A stretch of 64,000 bases of DNA, from assembly GCA_040954595.2 (NCBI GenBank), contig CM082595.2, forward strand, positions 5,978,137 through 6,042,136, read 5' to 3'. The translations under genes were made by a program, and so were the position numbers. The stretch is from Balanoglossus misakiensis (taxonomy: Eukaryota > Animalia > Hemichordata). Positions 63,182 to 64,000 of this stretch are shown piece after piece. The notes beneath the pieces were generated by a model. It had not been told where the DNA came from and ran no database searches. It saw nothing but the letters and a program-made list of their open reading frames with translations. The number at the start of each line of letters is the position of its first letter. Position 1 is the first letter of the stretch.

Positions 63182-63549
63182 CAACTGTTTGAGCTGCGCA
63201 GGAGTGTCCTGAGCACAGATTTTCTAATCAATACATTAAAACATTGGAACACATTGTAACCCTTTTCCATTCAAGGCGAAAATGAAAAGCCACCTGTGGT
63301 CTAGACCTCAATGAATGCTTCAGTGATAAGAATGTATCACCCTTTGTTAGACTTGCAACAACTTATGTAATAACTGTTTCTTTTCAGTTGAGACTGGCTA
63401 CAATTTATATACAATCATTCTGTTCCTTATCAACTGGACAGATGGAAAAATCAAAAGTCAGTACATGTATTCTGTGCAGCCGAAACCATTTTGATTGTAA
63501 TTTGTAGTCTGGTGGGGTGACACATCACAAAGTCTCAAACAGTTCGGTG

Positions 63550-63605
63550 ACTCGACGCACGACGATACTGGCCTTTCACTCGACGCACAACAATTCTGGC
63601 CTTTC
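63550..63605. repeat. 28-bp tandem duplication
   Basis: ACTCGACGCAC.AC.AT.CTGGCCTTTC at 63550 and 63578. Confidence 0.85.
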
Positions 63606-64000
63606 TGTCCGTTTAACGCCAGTGCACAAAAGACAGCCACGTATTACCTCAAATACAGTTCCACAGTCACACGGAGACGCGCTCCCTCAGGACGGCTCCC
63701 AAATTCCACGCGGCGTCCTCGAAAACATCCACCACGGCTTCACCAAGTCCCTTCGGCAGTTTCAATCTTCAGCTACCACAGTCGACAGGCAAACTCCGTA
63801 CGGTGGGCTCCCAAAACTCCTCCAAGGCGACGGCACAGCTACCAGACCAGAATCAAAACGAGCCACCTGACACTGGATGGTTTTTATACAACCAAAAACT
63901 AACACCTGGTCACGCTAATATGTTAAATAAAGAAATAAACATAGGTGCACCTGGCCACGAAAACAATAGAAAAACTTCTCCTACGTAACACAGTGGACAC

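Noticed and set aside
63508-63988. Two overlapping S/T-rich ORFs as next exons
   Set aside because: Nearby acceptors (63507, 63622) give phase 0, incompatible with the phase-1 donor at 59270, and a 28-bp duplication lies in the region; not excluded if an intervening exon exists.

Overview
Eukaryotic (animal-like) genomic DNA spanning the edge of a large satellite array. Positions 1-29477 are tandem satellite built from related 88-bp (A1/A2) and 87-bp (B) monomers, arranged as a mirror: A forward (1-~6680), B reverse (~6680-8485), near-identical B forward (8485-14260), A reverse (14250-29477). The inversion junctions are sharp, and several higher-order repeat (HOR) periods can be read from diagnostic variants. 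A (TATG)n tract ends the array. The AT-rich flank has two long hairpins, an orphan hybrid satellite fragment and a possible minus-strand promoter facing the array. The rest is mostly non-coding: two families of TTAA-flanked MITE-like elements, micro/minisatellites, a CRE/CCAAT/TATA promoter candidate at ~52.2 kb and one convincing 1.5-kb coding exon (57772-59270; signal peptide plus Ser/Thr/Pro-rich region). Almost all other listed ORFs look spurious. No prokaryotic features, RNA genes or CRISPR arrays were seen. All coordinates and periods were counted by eye, and the satellite architecture could in part be an assembly artefact.
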